64,000 nt of DNA from Octopus sinensis (GCF_006345805.1 NC_043004.1:5642001-5706000); one strand, 5' to 3'. Positions 50,838 to 63,960 are shown, numbered from the stretch's first letter. Notes: generated by a model from the letters alone, not told the origin. Numbers and translations: made by a program.

Positions 50838-51054
50838 TACTATTCTACTTCCTATGCTCTATGTTATATATTTTAATAATTACTGGTATTTTCATATTTT
50901 TATATATTGTATATGTAAAGCATATGTTATACATGTATGTATATTGTTGTAATGGTTTTTTAAAAAATAAATAAATAGACATAATATAATGTCTGAAAGT
51001 TGATGAATACCACCTCTTGATCCCCTCCATTTTCTTATTGCTGTATATATATAC

Positions 51055-51096
<42 letters not shown>

Positions 51097-51101
<5 letters not shown>

Positions 51102-51256
51102 GCTTCTTTCAGTTTCTGTCTGCCAAATCAACTCAGAAGGCTTTGGTCAGCCCAAAGCTATAGTAGAAGACATCTACCTACGGTGCTACGCAACGGGACT
51201 GAACCCGGCACCATTTGGTTGGTAAGCAAGCTACTTACCACACAGCCACTCCTGCG

Positions 51257-51258
<2 letters not shown>
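51097..51258 (-). mobile_element. Family A head (young)
   Basis: cttaccacacagccactcctgcgcc. Confidence 0.85.
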
Positions 51259-51293
<35 letters not shown>

Positions 51294-51534
51294 TTAATAT
51301 AAAAAGAAACATTCTAAGTTTGATCTTTGTATCTTATTGCAGAGTAGTTTTACAAAATATCACTAACTACTTTGTCTTTTAATTTAACCTCTTTGCTTTC
51401 TATTTTTAAATATTTTCAATATTTACTTTTAATGAAGCAATAACTATTTCACTGTTTGCTTTTAATGTAGGTGGATATATGCTTGATACCGAGACTGTCT
51501 GTGCGAAAGCAATAGATATTTGAACACTTTTTAG

Positions 51535-51780
51535 AGATGATGATGGTATATTTTAATCAATTGCTTACAACTGCTGAGGATGATAATGATGAGGAGGATA
51601 ATAGTGGGGGCAGATGGGGCGGTGATAATGATGAGAACGATGACGGAAATGACAAAGAAGATGATGGTGATGGTAGTGGTGGTGATGATGAAAATGATGA
51701 TGATGGTATAGGAGAGGGTGATAATGGGGGTGAGAATGATGACGATGGTGATGGCAGGGGATGGAAGGATGGGGTGACAA
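51535..51780. repeat. Degenerate (GAT/GGT)n low-complexity tract
   Basis: Direct; source of the D/G-rich ORF. Confidence 0.85.
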
Positions 51781-52144
51781 TGATTTATGAGTTAGTTAAT
51801 TTTATATTCATAACCACACCTTTTCTCTTACTAGCAGCCAATATAGGTAATATCTCATCCGTTGCAAACATTAAAGTGAGTCATTGATTTTAGAGAGAAG
51901 AAATTTATTTTCTAATTAAAACTTCAAAATACATTTAGATTGATCTGACGAGAGCTCAGCATACTGTGTTAGAGACACAAATAAATTGAAGCTTTAAGAC
52001 ACATGGATAGTTTGTGATATCCATTACTGCAACGACTCAAAATTCAGTTACTTGGTCATCTCTGATGAAGCAGACCTATGATCAGAGACATTCTAGCCAT
52101 GAATGGTTTAGAGTATAAAGCATCAGGGGAGTACAGAGTATAAT

Positions 52145-52700
52145 AGTGGTTTCAAATTTGGCATAAGGTCAGGAATTTTGTGGGAGGAGGTAAGCCAGTT
52201 ACATCGACCCCCAGTGCTCAGCTGGTACTATTTTATCGACTCTTAAAGGATGAAAGGTAAAGTCAACCTTGGCAGATCAGTCCATTCTGCAGAGTTGTTG
52301 GTGTTAGGAAGGGCATCCAGCTGTAAAAACCATGCCAAAACACAGCGAATCATGGTGCCTAGTCAGTGCCTGTCAAACCATCCAACCCATACTAGCATGG
52401 AAAGTGGATGTTAAATGATGAGGATGATGAATTGACCCCAGTACTTTTTTAAGCCTGATACTAATTCTATCAGCCTCTTTTGCCAAACTGCTAAGTTACA
52501 GGGGTGTGACACACACACACACACACACACACATAAAACAAGCTTCTTTCAGTTTCCATTTATCAGATCCACTCACAAGGCTTTGGTTGGCCTGAGGCTA
52601 TAGTAGAAGACATTTGCCCAAGGTGTCATGTAATGAGACTGAATTTGTAACCATATGGTTTGAAAGCAATGTTCTTACCACACTGCCATGCCCACACCTA
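52145..52700. mobile_element. Cluster: family F (minus), family C tail (plus), family A (minus)
   Basis: Family motifs. Confidence 0.7.
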
Positions 52701-53589
52701 GCATATCCTTTTGAACTGTTTGATGGTTACTAATAAATTGAAAATTACCCATTAAATGCTGTTTGTACAGCGTATCTGTAATGGAACTGTTTAAATTCTC
52801 TCCTTCACTGATGTATCTTTATTCTTACTTATTTAGTGTTTATGGAAAACAAACATGCACTATCTTCACCATGGGCAAGATAAAGTGGAAAAGGAAACTT
52901 ATTTTAAATTGTATGTTTTTTTTTTTAATTTCACAGTTTATATTTTAACGAAGACATTTGATTGATAAGATTATTAGGAGAAATGAGAATTTATAGTATT
53001 TCCTAGTACCCTGTAAATGACACGATGGCTTGCAGAAATTATCAGTTCTTTATTTATTTAGTCTTGACAAACAGAATATAAATGCTCTCTATGGTTGAAG
53101 ATATATAAAGGCCATGCTATATAAATATACACTATTTAGAGTTGCTATTACTGAAGTATAAAAGGCCATACTGCATTAATAAATATGGAAGTGTTTTTGA
53201 TGGTCTTTGGCTGCTATTTATAGAACAAACCATTTTTTGCTCTTAAGTCCTTCCCCCACTTTGAAGCAACAGCTTATAAAATAAACTATGGTTATTTCTG
53301 TCTTTCACTCAAGTTTGAAATGGTTTTTCTTTTTTTGTTGAAGTGTATCTTCGTTTTCTTGATTTATATTTTCTCAACCACCTCTTTAAATTTGTTGTGA
53401 AACAATTCTCAATTACTATTTATCTTTCTTATCATTAATTATATTCTTTATTGAATAATCTCAAAAACACACTGATTTCTTTTAAATTTTATTTATTGCT
53501 TTTGTCACAATTTATGAATATGAATTTGTGGCCAAACTTTGTGTCTTTTCTTTTTTTGCCCTATTTTGAAACACTCAACATTTTGCCTC

Positions 53590-53760
53590 CCATGGGAGTC
53601 ACTGATGGCTCTCCGTGCTATATTCTTGGTAGTCAAGACTACCATGGTAGTCAACAGTGACTCCCTATGCTATGTTCTTAACATAGCATAGAATGTCTCC
53701 AGTGACTCTCCATGCTGTGTTCATTTTATACCATGGGAGTCACCAGTGACTCCCAATGGT
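53590..53760. repeat. Short array of palindromic ccatgggagtcac..gtgactccc units with nested perfect hairpins
   Basis: Direct. Confidence 0.7.
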
Positions 53761-53856
53761 GAGTTCTTTCTCTATGGAACCTCACATTACTGTAGTTCAA
53801 ACTACATTATTTGAATTTTAGGAAATGTACACAGTACATTTATTTGTATTTCTCAG

Positions 53857-53897
53857 GTGGGTTTTCAATTTGAATCAATAGAAGCTGAATTAGGACA
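53857..53897 (+). CDS. Candidate exon VGFQFESIEAELG(Q)
   Basis: ttatttgtatttctcag acceptor, gtaaga donor, only one open frame, phase 0-2. Confidence 0.4.
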
Positions 53898-54403
53898 GTA
53901 AGAAGGATGCAGGTCACTGTCATCTCCATCATTTGAGTGCTGCCATCGACAAAATAATTTTTCTGAAAAAGAAGCTATTGAGGCTTATATATATAATCTG
54001 TTTTAAAAAATTCATAAATAAATGGAAAAAACATCCCTAAATGAAGGTATAATAGGCATTTTAATACTTTTTAATGTGTATCACCTGTAACTTTCACAAT
54101 ACAGAATGAATATAATATTTGTTCTATACCTTGGGAGTTACTGGAGACACTCAAACTGTAAGTCATTGTGGTAGCTTATATGGTGAGCTAGAACATATAT
54201 ATGGTTAAAAAAAATTTTTAATGCATAATTTATGGCAAAATTAGACCACTTGTGCAAAAGAAAATATGGCACAGAATGGGATTGGTAGACAAAATGTTAA
54301 ATAAGCAACAAGAAATTATGGCACAAAATGAGCTTGGTTGAGAAAATGTTAAATTAGTTACAATAAGAGAGCTCTGTACAAGATGTCACTTTGATCACCT
54401 CAG

Positions 54404-54542
54404 AATATTGCAGTGTGTTCTGGAAAATTTGTTGGTGACATACACTAGAAACAGGAAACCTCTACTGAATTTGAAAATAAAACTGGGTGTGGAGAAGTTG
54501 TTTGATGATGTCCTTCAAACTAACAATATCCTAGTATATCAG
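54404..54542 (+). CDS. Candidate exon (Q)ILQCVLENLLVTYTRNRKPLLNLKIKLGVEKLFDDVLQTNNILVYQ
   Basis: cacctcag acceptor, CAG|gttatg donor; phase-compatible with 53857-53897. Confidence 0.3.
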
Positions 54543-54939
54543 GTTATGACCTTTGGCTCAGCTTCTTTCAGACCACTTGACCTTTTAGCTATAATGAATT
54601 CAGTCAGGGAATAAAATAGAGTGTGATTGAATTTGATCAGTATTTTAACAAGCTGGGTGCAACTTTGGCTTCAGGTGTAAAGGTATAATATGTATTTAAA
54701 CGAGGATACTACTGCATTCAATTGGACATAGAATATGTCTGTTTCCTTTCAAGTTGAAGCAAGGTTTCTTATTTTTTGCTTGTTTTTAGTAAATTAGGTC
54801 AAGGATAGCTTTAGGCCAGTTGCACCAATTGTTTTCATGCATAAGGAGATATCATGTTCAGAACAGACTGAATGTCCTTGTTATTGTGTAGCTCCTCAGT
54901 CAGTTCTGATCTTGTAGACCTAGTAGTGCAGAAGTTAGA

Positions 54940-55200
54940 TCATCATCATCTTCATTGTTTTTAATGGCCATTTTCCCTTTCTTGCATGGATGACATAGAA
55001 TTCTTTGAGGTAGATTTCCTACATCCAGATACCCTTCCTGTTGCCAACCCTTACCCATTTCCATCCAAAGTCATATTTCCGCATTGCCAGATATGTTTTC
55101 TTAGAATAATGGATATGAACAACACTGCTTGTGTGACAGTGACACTCATTTACAACTATCACAAGCTGTCAAGACTGGGAAGATGCTGACACACACACAC
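54940..55200 (-). mobile_element. Family B tail
   Basis: cccttcctgttgccaacccttacc. Confidence 0.75.
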
Positions 55201-55227
55201 TATTAGTTCATCCATCATTGTCAACAG

Positions 55228-55352
55228 TGACCAAGGACATTACATAGGAAAAGAAGATGGAGCAGGGTGTGTCTGGCTGTGGCCAATAATTCAGATGCCT
55301 GCTCAGAAGGCCCTGCTGCAAGTTGGGCACTGGTGGTCTGCCGAGACTGAAG
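55228..55352 (+). CDS. Candidate exon DQGHYIGKEDGAGCVWLWPIIQMPAQKALLQVGHWWSAETE
   Basis: GC-richer non-repeat segment, tcaacag acceptor, AAG|gtgagg donor, one open frame. Confidence 0.3.
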
Positions 55353-55499
55353 GTGAGGAGTCAGTTCTGGACTTGTATAGTTTACATTTTCTTTGTGCCC
55401 CTGCAATCCTGTTCTGTTTGTAGGAGATTGCACTACTGTTGGTGCAAGTTCACCAGGCAGGGCAGTCTAACCCCCCCCCCCCCCCCACACACACACACA

Positions 55500-55955
55500 C
55501 ATGACATGCTTCTTTCAGTTTCTGTCTACAAAATCCACTCTCAAGGTTTTGGTTGGCCGAAGACTATAATAAAAGACACTTGTCCAAGGTTCTATGCAGT
55601 GGAACTGTATCTCAAGAGGTACAGGTGGGATTGTGATGGTTAAGAAACTTCCCAACCACCTAATTCCAGGTTCAGTCCCACTGTGTAGCACCTTGGGCAA
55701 GTATCTTCTACATTAGCTCTGAGCTGACCAATGCTTTGTAAGTGTATTTGGAAATGTATGGAAGGCCATCTATATGTAGGTGTGTGTGTGTGTGTATGTG
55801 TCTTTGTGTTGTTTCAGCAAAAGAGACCAACAGAATAGGTACCAGACTGCAGAAAAAAAAGTAATGAGGTTGATTTATTCAATTAAAATCCTTCAAGCCA
55901 ATGCCCCAGCATGGCCACAGTTGAATAACTGAAACAGTTAAAAGATAAAAGATAC
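55500..55955. mobile_element. Inverted family A heads followed by a family A tail
   Basis: Minus head 55510-55620, plus copy 55640-55955. Confidence 0.7.
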
Positions 55956-57269
55956 AATTTTGGTAGTGCAGTTTTTAGCACAGCAGACTTAGTAGCTTCT
56001 GAATCATTGTTTTGATGCACAGATTTCACCTTGAGATAGCTGTCTTATTAAGGTTTAGGCTTCAGTTAAATAGTATTATTAATATTTATGTTTTAAGTTA
56101 TCAATACAAATGTACTTTTATTTAGATTTTTCCAAAAATGTTAATTTGAGCAATCATAACTGTTACATAACCTTAGAATTTAAGGTAAAAAAGTTCAGTT
56201 GATTGCTTATAGTGATAAATCGTCCCAATGTAAATAAGTTTCATTTAAAAATATCTTTTAAATCCTGCTAAGATAAAATCAAACTTCCACATGCAACTTT
56301 TCAGAAATTTCCCTATACAGGCATACCCCAACTTACATCTGTAATTTGTTCCAAAACATGTGACGTAATGCAAACAATGACATAATATGGAAAAACATTT
56401 AAAAAATCATTTATTAACTCATCTCTGTTTTAATAAATGATTTGTACATATTTTCATATGTATTTTATTTGATTTTCCACTTCAGTATTAATTTGTATGT
56501 GTTTTTTTAATTTTTATGCTTTTAAATATGTTTACTGAGATGGACATAAAGTTGTTTAAACTGACTGGAGCTGAGGTTTATTTTTTTCCATTAAATTCTT
56601 TATACAACTTTGATTTTTACAAATGTCATTCATAAATTTATTTAAATTTCAAAATTATTGTAAATCTTCAATAATAGACTTTGTAACCCTAAATATATCA
56701 TGTGCATAAAAATGAAATCATAATCAGGGCATCTTTGATCAGAGAAATGACTCAGTTAAAGCTGAGCTGTTGGTAAACAACTACACTATATAACATATGA
56801 GCCATTTCATATGGCTCCGCTTTTGTAGCAGAAAGCTGGTGTCACTTTATAGTTGAATGCTTGCCTGCCTGTAAGAAAGTGATACAGCTGTAGAAGTCTT
56901 TGCTTCAATAATTCACATAAAAACGAACTAGTTTGTTAGTTTTGAAAATCATTTCACCTATTTTAACGTGGTGGGAAAAATAAATGTAAAACTGTTAAAA
57001 TATACTTAAGAGTTTTTCTGTTGCTGACATTGCACGTCTACTGGAACATATAATTAGTCAAACTGTAAATCTTGCTGTCATCAAGTTGAAAGGATCAGGG
57101 GGAATAAAATGTATAAAGTACAGATTTAAAACTAGTTATTTCCGTTCATTTTACAGAAGATATAACTTTTGATTGTTGCCAGCTAGCGGAGACTTAGAAA
57201 AGTTGATTGATATGTATGTTGTTTCGAAGAGACTCCCAAGGAAAATTTTATTGAATTGCTAAATTTGAA

Positions 57270-58030
57270 ATATCATCATCATCATCACATCTACTTTTCC
57301 ATGCTTGCATGTACCAGATGGAGTTTATTGAGGGCAAATTTTTTATGGCCATATGCCCTCACCTGTATCCAAACAAGGTGATATTTTCTCATGGCCAGAC
57401 ATATTTCCACAGAATTTTGGCAATGAAATAACATCCATTTACAACAATCAGGCAATGTCAAGACAAGGAGACACAAACAATCACACACTCATACATACAT
57501 ATGTAGGTGCGGGCATGGCTGTGTGGTTAGGAAGCTTGCTTCCCAGCCACATGGTTTCAGGTTCAGTCCCACTACATGGCACTTTGGGCAAGTGTCTTCT
57601 GCTATAGCCCCGGACCAACTGAAGCTTGGTAATTGAATTTGGTAGATGGAAGTTACTGCTGCATGTGTATGTGTGTGTACGTGATTGTACCTCTCCAAGA
57701 GAGAGAGAGAGGGATATCATCATCATTTACATCAATTTTCCATGCTGGCATGGGTTGGATGGTTTGACAGGACCTGGCAAGCCACAGGGCTGCATCGGGC
57801 TCCAGTCTTAGCTTTGACATGGTTTCTGTAGCTGGATGCCCTTCCTAATGCCAACCACCTTAGAGTTTTTATTGGGTACTTTTTCATGCCATCAACACTG
57901 GTACACACACACACAGAGGCTTCTTTCAGCTTTGATCTATCAAATCCACTCACAAGGCTTTAGTTGGCCTGAGGCTATAGTAGAAGACACTTGCCAAAGG
58001 TACCATGCAGTGGGACTGAACCCAGGAACC
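57270..58030. mobile_element. Cluster: family B (minus), A head (plus), family C (minus), A head (minus)
   Basis: Family motifs. Confidence 0.75.
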
Positions 58031-58074
58031 CTTCTTAATCTAGTGAACCATATATGTTCATTTATCTTTCTCTT

Positions 58075-58690
58075 CCATCTTTTACCTGCTTCAGTCATTG
58101 TACTGTAGCCATGCCAAGGGTTTTTCATCAAATGAATCAAACACAGTACTTATTTTAGGTTTGGTTCTTATTCTATTGGTCTTTTCTGCCAAACTGCTAA
58201 GTTACAGGGATGTAAACACACCAACACCAGTTATCAAGTAGTGCGGGACAAACAGAGACACAAAGACGCACATGCATAGACATATACAGGGTGGCCAAAA
58301 GTAGGTTTACGGTTATCATGTAGTTACTTTAAATTTCTTTTAAAACATTTTATTACATTTAAATTTCTATCTTACAAACTAAAAAGGGAGCTTGACAAAA
58401 TTATCTAAATTAGCATAAAATAATGGTTTCATATTTTTATATAATTAAGATCTAAACTGTTAATATATGAATGTGAAAGAGATAGATGAATAACTGTAAA
58501 CCTACTTTTAGGCCACCTTGTATATATGGGTGTGTGTGTATGACATGTTGTCACACACTATCCGATTACCAAATTCTCTCACAAAGCATTGGTCAAGCTG
58601 GGGCTATAGTAGAAAACACTTGCCTGGGACTGAACCTGGAACCACATGGTTGCAAAGTGAGCTTCTAAACCACACCTCCACACTTGTGTC
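58075..58690 (-). mobile_element. SINE family A interrupted by a Tc/mariner-type MITE
   Basis: Tail 58075-58280, head 58545-58690. Confidence 0.75.
58287..58520. mobile_element. Tc1/mariner-type MITE
   Basis: ~30-bp TIR cagggtggccaaaagtaggtttacggttat / ataactgtaaacctacttttaggccaccttg with TA TSD. Confidence 0.88.
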
Positions 58691-58829
58691 ATATGAGTTT
58701 TCGTTAAGGATCCTTAAAAAAAAAAAACTGTGGCTAGTGTTTTCTGTTATGAGACATCACTATTTGAATAAAGATGATGGATGGAGACAATGAAGAGAGA
58801 GAGGGGTTGTAGAGTCTGATGGAAGATTT

Positions 58830-59535
58830 ACTGACACTTTGTCAGTTATGATGGCAAGGGTTTTAAGTGATCTGATCAACAAAACAGCCTGTTCATGAAA
58901 TAAACATGCAGGTGGCTGAGGACTCCACAGACATATGTAATGTTAATGTAGTTCAGAGGAAGTCTCAGCATGACATAGAATGCGACAAGGCTGGCCCTTT
59001 GAATCACAGATACAACTCAATGGACTGGAACAATGTGAAATAAAGTGTCTTGCTCAAGGACCCAACTTGTCACTGGGAAATGAACTCAGGACCTTAAAAT
59101 CTTGGGCTGAATGCCCCTAGCCACAGAGCCACGTACCTTTATGATGAAAGACTTATATTCTTTTACTTGTTTCAACCATTTGACTGCTGCTATGCTGGAG
59201 CACCGCCTTTAGTGGAACAAATCAACCCCATGACTTGTTCTTTGTAAGTCTAGTACTTATTCTATTGGCCTCTTTTGCTGATCTGTTAAGTTATGGGGAC
59301 GCAAACACACTAACATCAGTTATCAAGCAATAGTGGTGGGAACAAACACAGACACAAACATATATATATATATACGATGGGCTTCTTTTAGTTTCCGTCT
59401 ACCAAATCTACTCACAAGTCTGGTCGGCCTGAGGCTCTATAGTAGAAGACACTTGCCCAAGGTGCTACGCAGTGGGACTGAACCTGGAACCATGTGGTTG
59501 GGAAACAAGCTTTTTACCACACAGCCACACCTGCA
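58830..59535 (-). mobile_element. SINE family G (58830-59140) and full-length family A (59158-59535)
   Basis: Family motifs. Confidence 0.8.
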
Positions 59536-59857
59536 CCTTGTTAATAATGTTAATAATTAAATCTTCAGAACGAATAAAAAAAAACTTAGAGGCAAACAAC
59601 TTTGGTACAGCATCTCATAATTTGAAGAATTTTTGTACATGGAGCTATTTACTAGATGTGCTGCAGCCACACATTTTCTTGACTGGCTTATTGCAAGGAA
59701 GTAATGGATGTGTCATATATGATATGCGGTATGTTGATAAGTAAACAAACTTGTCTTTGCTTTATCAGATGATATCAAGGAATAAATTCTGTTTGCTGTA
59801 TGAATAGCATTGGAAATATTATTTGTAAGAAGGTATGTTGTTGTTTAGATTTAGTCA

Positions 59858-59979
59858 ATGCCAGCTTTGTCTGTTCTTGTTATCTTCTTGCTCGTATCTT
59901 CTACCAATCTTGTTTTGGGATCTGACAAAAGTTCTTCTGATGGAATTTCTCAGTTATTACTATGCACTCTGACCACCTG
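59858..59979 (+). CDS. Candidate exon with signal-peptide/TM-like start MPALSVLVIFLLVSSTNLVLGSDKSSSDGISQLLLCTLTT
   Basis: Strong donor CTG|gtaagt; hydrophobic N-terminal stretch; upstream acceptors available. Confidence 0.35.
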
Positions 59980-60259
59980 GTAAGTCAACATAGCGCCGCT
60001 GTGTGTAGTCAGTCAACTGATTGACTTGGAAACTACCATCTTTGCAAGAAGACCTGGTTTCCTTAAAGTTTTCATACTTATCTCTAGTCTTGCAATAAAC
60101 TTGACTTTGTGTGTGTGTGTGTGCCTGTCTGTCCCACATCTGAGTGGAAGAGGTTATCAGTTCTAACTTGACTGAACTTATGTAAAACTTTCAAAGACTT
60201 GACTTTTAAAATTTTTATCCACCTATTTATTTACTTATTTTTTTCACTATTTCCTTTAA

Positions 60260-60481
60260 CCCTTTTCGCATTCAAAACAGCCTTATCTGGCCCAAATATT
60301 CTACTTGTGTTATGTTCAGATTAGCCAGATCCAGTCTCTCACACTTACCCTATAATGTCATTCTAAACGTAAATGATTACATTATCAAAAATCTCAAGGC
60401 TACAAGATAATGCATGGCTAATTCAAAACAATGTGAATAAATAAGCATTACATTTGAAAGAGTAATCTGAACGCTAAAGCA
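60260..60481. mobile_element. piggyBac-type MITE, family P2
   Basis: TTAA-CCCTTT start; homologous to 23147-23352; TTAA at the right end. Confidence 0.8.
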
Positions 60482-60519
60482 TTAAATACCCAGATAGGTG
60501 TAATTACTAATTATGATAT

Positions 60520-60546
60520 ACATGCATGCTCACACACACACACACA

Positions 60547-60590
<44 letters not shown>

Positions 60591-60656
60591 CACACTCACT
60601 GATTCTTGCAATGATTCCTTTACTGTCTCTATTTCTCATTAGTTTTCTTCCCCCTG

Positions 60657-60690
<34 letters not shown>

Positions 60691-60749
60691 ACACACACAC
60701 ATATACCTTTTCCTAAATATCTTTCTCACTATCTGTCTTTCTTTCACAT

Positions 60750-60786
<37 letters not shown>

Positions 60787-60790
60787 ACAT

Positions 60791-60833
<43 letters not shown>

Positions 60834-60920
60834 TGCACAGACATTTTCCCACATATTTATCTTTCTCATGTACATTCACATCTCTAGCTTTCATGCACAC
60901 ACACACACACACTCTCTCTC
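60520..60920. repeat. Compound (CA)n/(CT)n microsatellites
   Basis: Direct. Confidence 0.95.
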
Positions 60921-61544
60921 TCTTTTCTTACTTATTCATTTTCCATCACCCCAACCATAACTTCTATGTAGATTTAGTATTAAGTTTTTACAAGTATATT
61001 TCCCAATCATTTCCTCAATTTGATGATTATTTCAGATGACTTTAGACTTATCATGACCTTCATCAGCTCCATCTTAGATAATATTATTTTAGCAATCTTA
61101 AATAACTTTGTTTCTCTTTAATAAAAAAAAAAATGTCTTCCTCTCTTAATAATTAATAAGCTCTCATTTATTTCATTTTTATAGATCCCCTTATTTTTTT
61201 AATCTCTTAATTTGACTTTTTCTGTTTTTTGTTCCTTCTTTGGTTCTTCTATTATTAGGTTTTGAAAATAAACTGTTTCTTGAAGACGTGATAACTTTTT
61301 TGTGGATATGACAATTTTGATGATAATAATTCTTTCCTTGCTTTATTTAATAAGATTAAACAATCCTTGACCAGAAGAGGGTTTTTTTGTTTTCTTTTTT
61401 TTATCAATGTGTACACAAACACCCTGAAGAAAAGTTCTAATTTTAAACTTGCTTCATACAGCTTTGTTTTAGTATTATTATTATCTATTTATATATTCAT
61501 ATTATTAGCATGCTTGACACCATTTTGTCTGTCTTTACGTTTTG

Positions 61545-61930
61545 AGTTGGAAATCTACCACGGTCGACTTTGCCTTTCATCCTTTCAAGGCCAATAAAAT
61601 AAGTACCACTTGAGCACTGGGGTCAGTATAATCAACTTAACTCCTTCTCTGAAATTGCTGGCCTTGTACCAAAATTTGAAGTCATTATTATTATTATTAT
61701 TGAGTGTGTGTGTATGTGAGAGAGAGTGAGTGAGTGGGTGGCTGAGTGAATGAGTGTGTGTGTGAAGGGCTTCTGTACAATTTTTGTCTACCAAATTCAT
61801 TCACAAGGTATTGGTCAGCTTGGCACTGTAGTGGAAGTTGCTTTCCCAAGGTGCTGTGCATTGGGGTTGAACCCAAAACTACGTGGTTGCAAAGTGAGCT
61901 CCTTTACCATGTAGCCTTCCCTGCACCTGT
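61545..61930. mobile_element. Family F 3' part (plus), tail-to-tail with a family A head (minus)
   Basis: Family motifs. Confidence 0.75.
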
Positions 61931-62889
61931 GAAATTTTACTAAGAACCCTGCCCAGGACATACTATGTTGTCTAAATATGTAAATATGTCTTTATCCACA
62001 AAGCCACTAAATTCTTGCCTATAAACAAAATATTATATTTTTTTAAAGTATAGTTTCTGAAAAAATGTGTACCAGTGCCTATTTTTAAAAATCTAGTTGT
62101 TGTTGTTTAATATCAAGTCAGCCCTGATTAAGCAAACCTTTTATTAATAGCATTTCATCTATGAGAAACCCATCTTTGGTATGTCTAGCATTATATTATT
62201 TAGTGGGCCTTTTAAGATGGGACAATGTGATTTGAAGGAAATTTGACTGCTATTTCTAAAAAGTTAAAGCAATGCCTAGATGCTCCCTATAAACTGTGCA
62301 ATTGACTCAGTTTTCAGATGTTTTTAATCTGTAGTAATTTACAAGAATTGTGAAAATCTACTGAAAATATATAGTAAATGTTATATCTCATTTTATATGT
62401 GGGGCAAAACAAAAAGACTAAAAACTAATGCTGCATAAATAGATAAAAATCCTTTTTCTTTCTCATCTAATGACATTGATATATTCAGGTAGTAATGGTT
62501 TTGACTGTTCAAAATGTTTTGAATTCGTAATTAACTGCTGCTTCTTTCAGGAAATGTTCATGATTTTTTACCACATTCTTTGTTAGTATATACTTGGAAA
62601 TAGTGAATTTTTTCTTCAGATAAAACATCTGAAGTCTGTCAAGACAAGCACTGTTATCTGATGACTGCTTGTTTCATTTTGCAAACTAATCAATTAGCTC
62701 TAGGCTTAGAGAATTATTATAAATTATACTAATTCCTAAGAAATAGTTAATTTGTTGTAAAACATTCAGTTGTTTCATTCTTTAATTATCACTGATGCAC
62801 ACTTCATACCTCACCAATGTCATTATTGTCGCCATCATTGATGTCATCATTTTAGCAAACATATTTTCCATGGTACTACATGTTAGAGT

Positions 62890-63365
62890 GAAGGCATGTG
62901 ACATAGTGGTTAGGATGTTGCGCTCATGATCACAAGGTCATGGTTTCAATTCCCAGTCCAGGTAGTTTGTTGGGTTCTTGAGCAAAACATTTTATTTCAC
63001 ATTGCTCCAGTCAGCTGTAAATGGGTTACCCTACAGCAGACTAGCATTCCATTCAGTGAGAATTTTCACTTATACATCATGGAAAGCAGGTGATCAGTTT
63101 ATGGGTCCTAGGATTTGTGACAATAATATTCAGAAAAACATGTGGTTTAGTGGTTAGGGTCTTGGAGTCATGATTGTAAGATTGTGGTTTCACAGTTCCT
63201 GGACCGGGCGATGCATTGTGTTGTTGAGCAAAATGCTTCGTTTCATGTTGCTCCAATTCACTCAGCTGGTAAAACTGAGTATTCCTGCAATGATCCAGTG
63301 CCCTGTCCAAGGGAGAATACACACAGAAACCAGGAAACCGGTCCTGTGAGTCTATATGACTTGGG
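62890..63365 (+). mobile_element. Two family G-like SINE heads
   Basis: tagtggttagg..ttgagcaaaa..cttca repeated twice. Confidence 0.65.
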
Positions 63366-63717
63366 GAAGATCTTATCTGGGATCTAGAAAATTATATGTA
63401 TTATGTGTCGGACCATGTCATTCTATGAATATCAATTATATGTCATCTTGTCATTGAAACTCAACTTTTTAAATCTGAACTGTTTCCGCTGAGGTTTTTT
63501 TTTTTCCTTTCAATGAATAACTCCTGCTGTCAGTTTATATATAGAACCTTTGTATCATGCATACTTCATTCGTTTTTTTGTTGTGTCCAAAACAGTGTCT
63601 CAGTCAACACTGCTAATAATGCCCAGTTATCTCAATTCACTCTTTCTCATTAAGTTTAACATGCATATCCAGTAAACCATACTCAACTCATTTTCTATCA
63701 TTCCAGTGTTATAGGGT

Positions 63718-63960
63718 AACATCATTTCATTTTAACATCCACTTTTCCATGCCTGCATGGGTTGGATGTAGTTCTACTGTCACATGTTCTTCATGCCACT
63801 AACACTCACCATTTTCCCAGTAAGGTAATCTTTCTCCAAGGTTGGACATGTTTTCACAGAAGATTGGAAACAAATGACACCACCTGTTTGATGGGGACAC
63901 AACAATCATGTGATGTCAAAGCAAGGAGACTTTAGCTCACACATACAAGCACACAAAAAA
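63718..63960 (-). mobile_element. Family B tail
   Basis: taacatccacttttccatgcctgcatgggttgg. Confidence 0.7.

Noticed and set aside
51537-51887. 116-aa acidic/Gly-rich ORF
   Set aside because: Degenerate GAT/GGT repeat with no supporting splice or codon evidence
51940-51990. CTGACGA motif
   Set aside because: GAAA and NUH elements are missing (GAGA, no GUH)
61020-61072. Minus-strand CTGATGA...GAAA match
   Set aside because: No stem I and no convincing stem III
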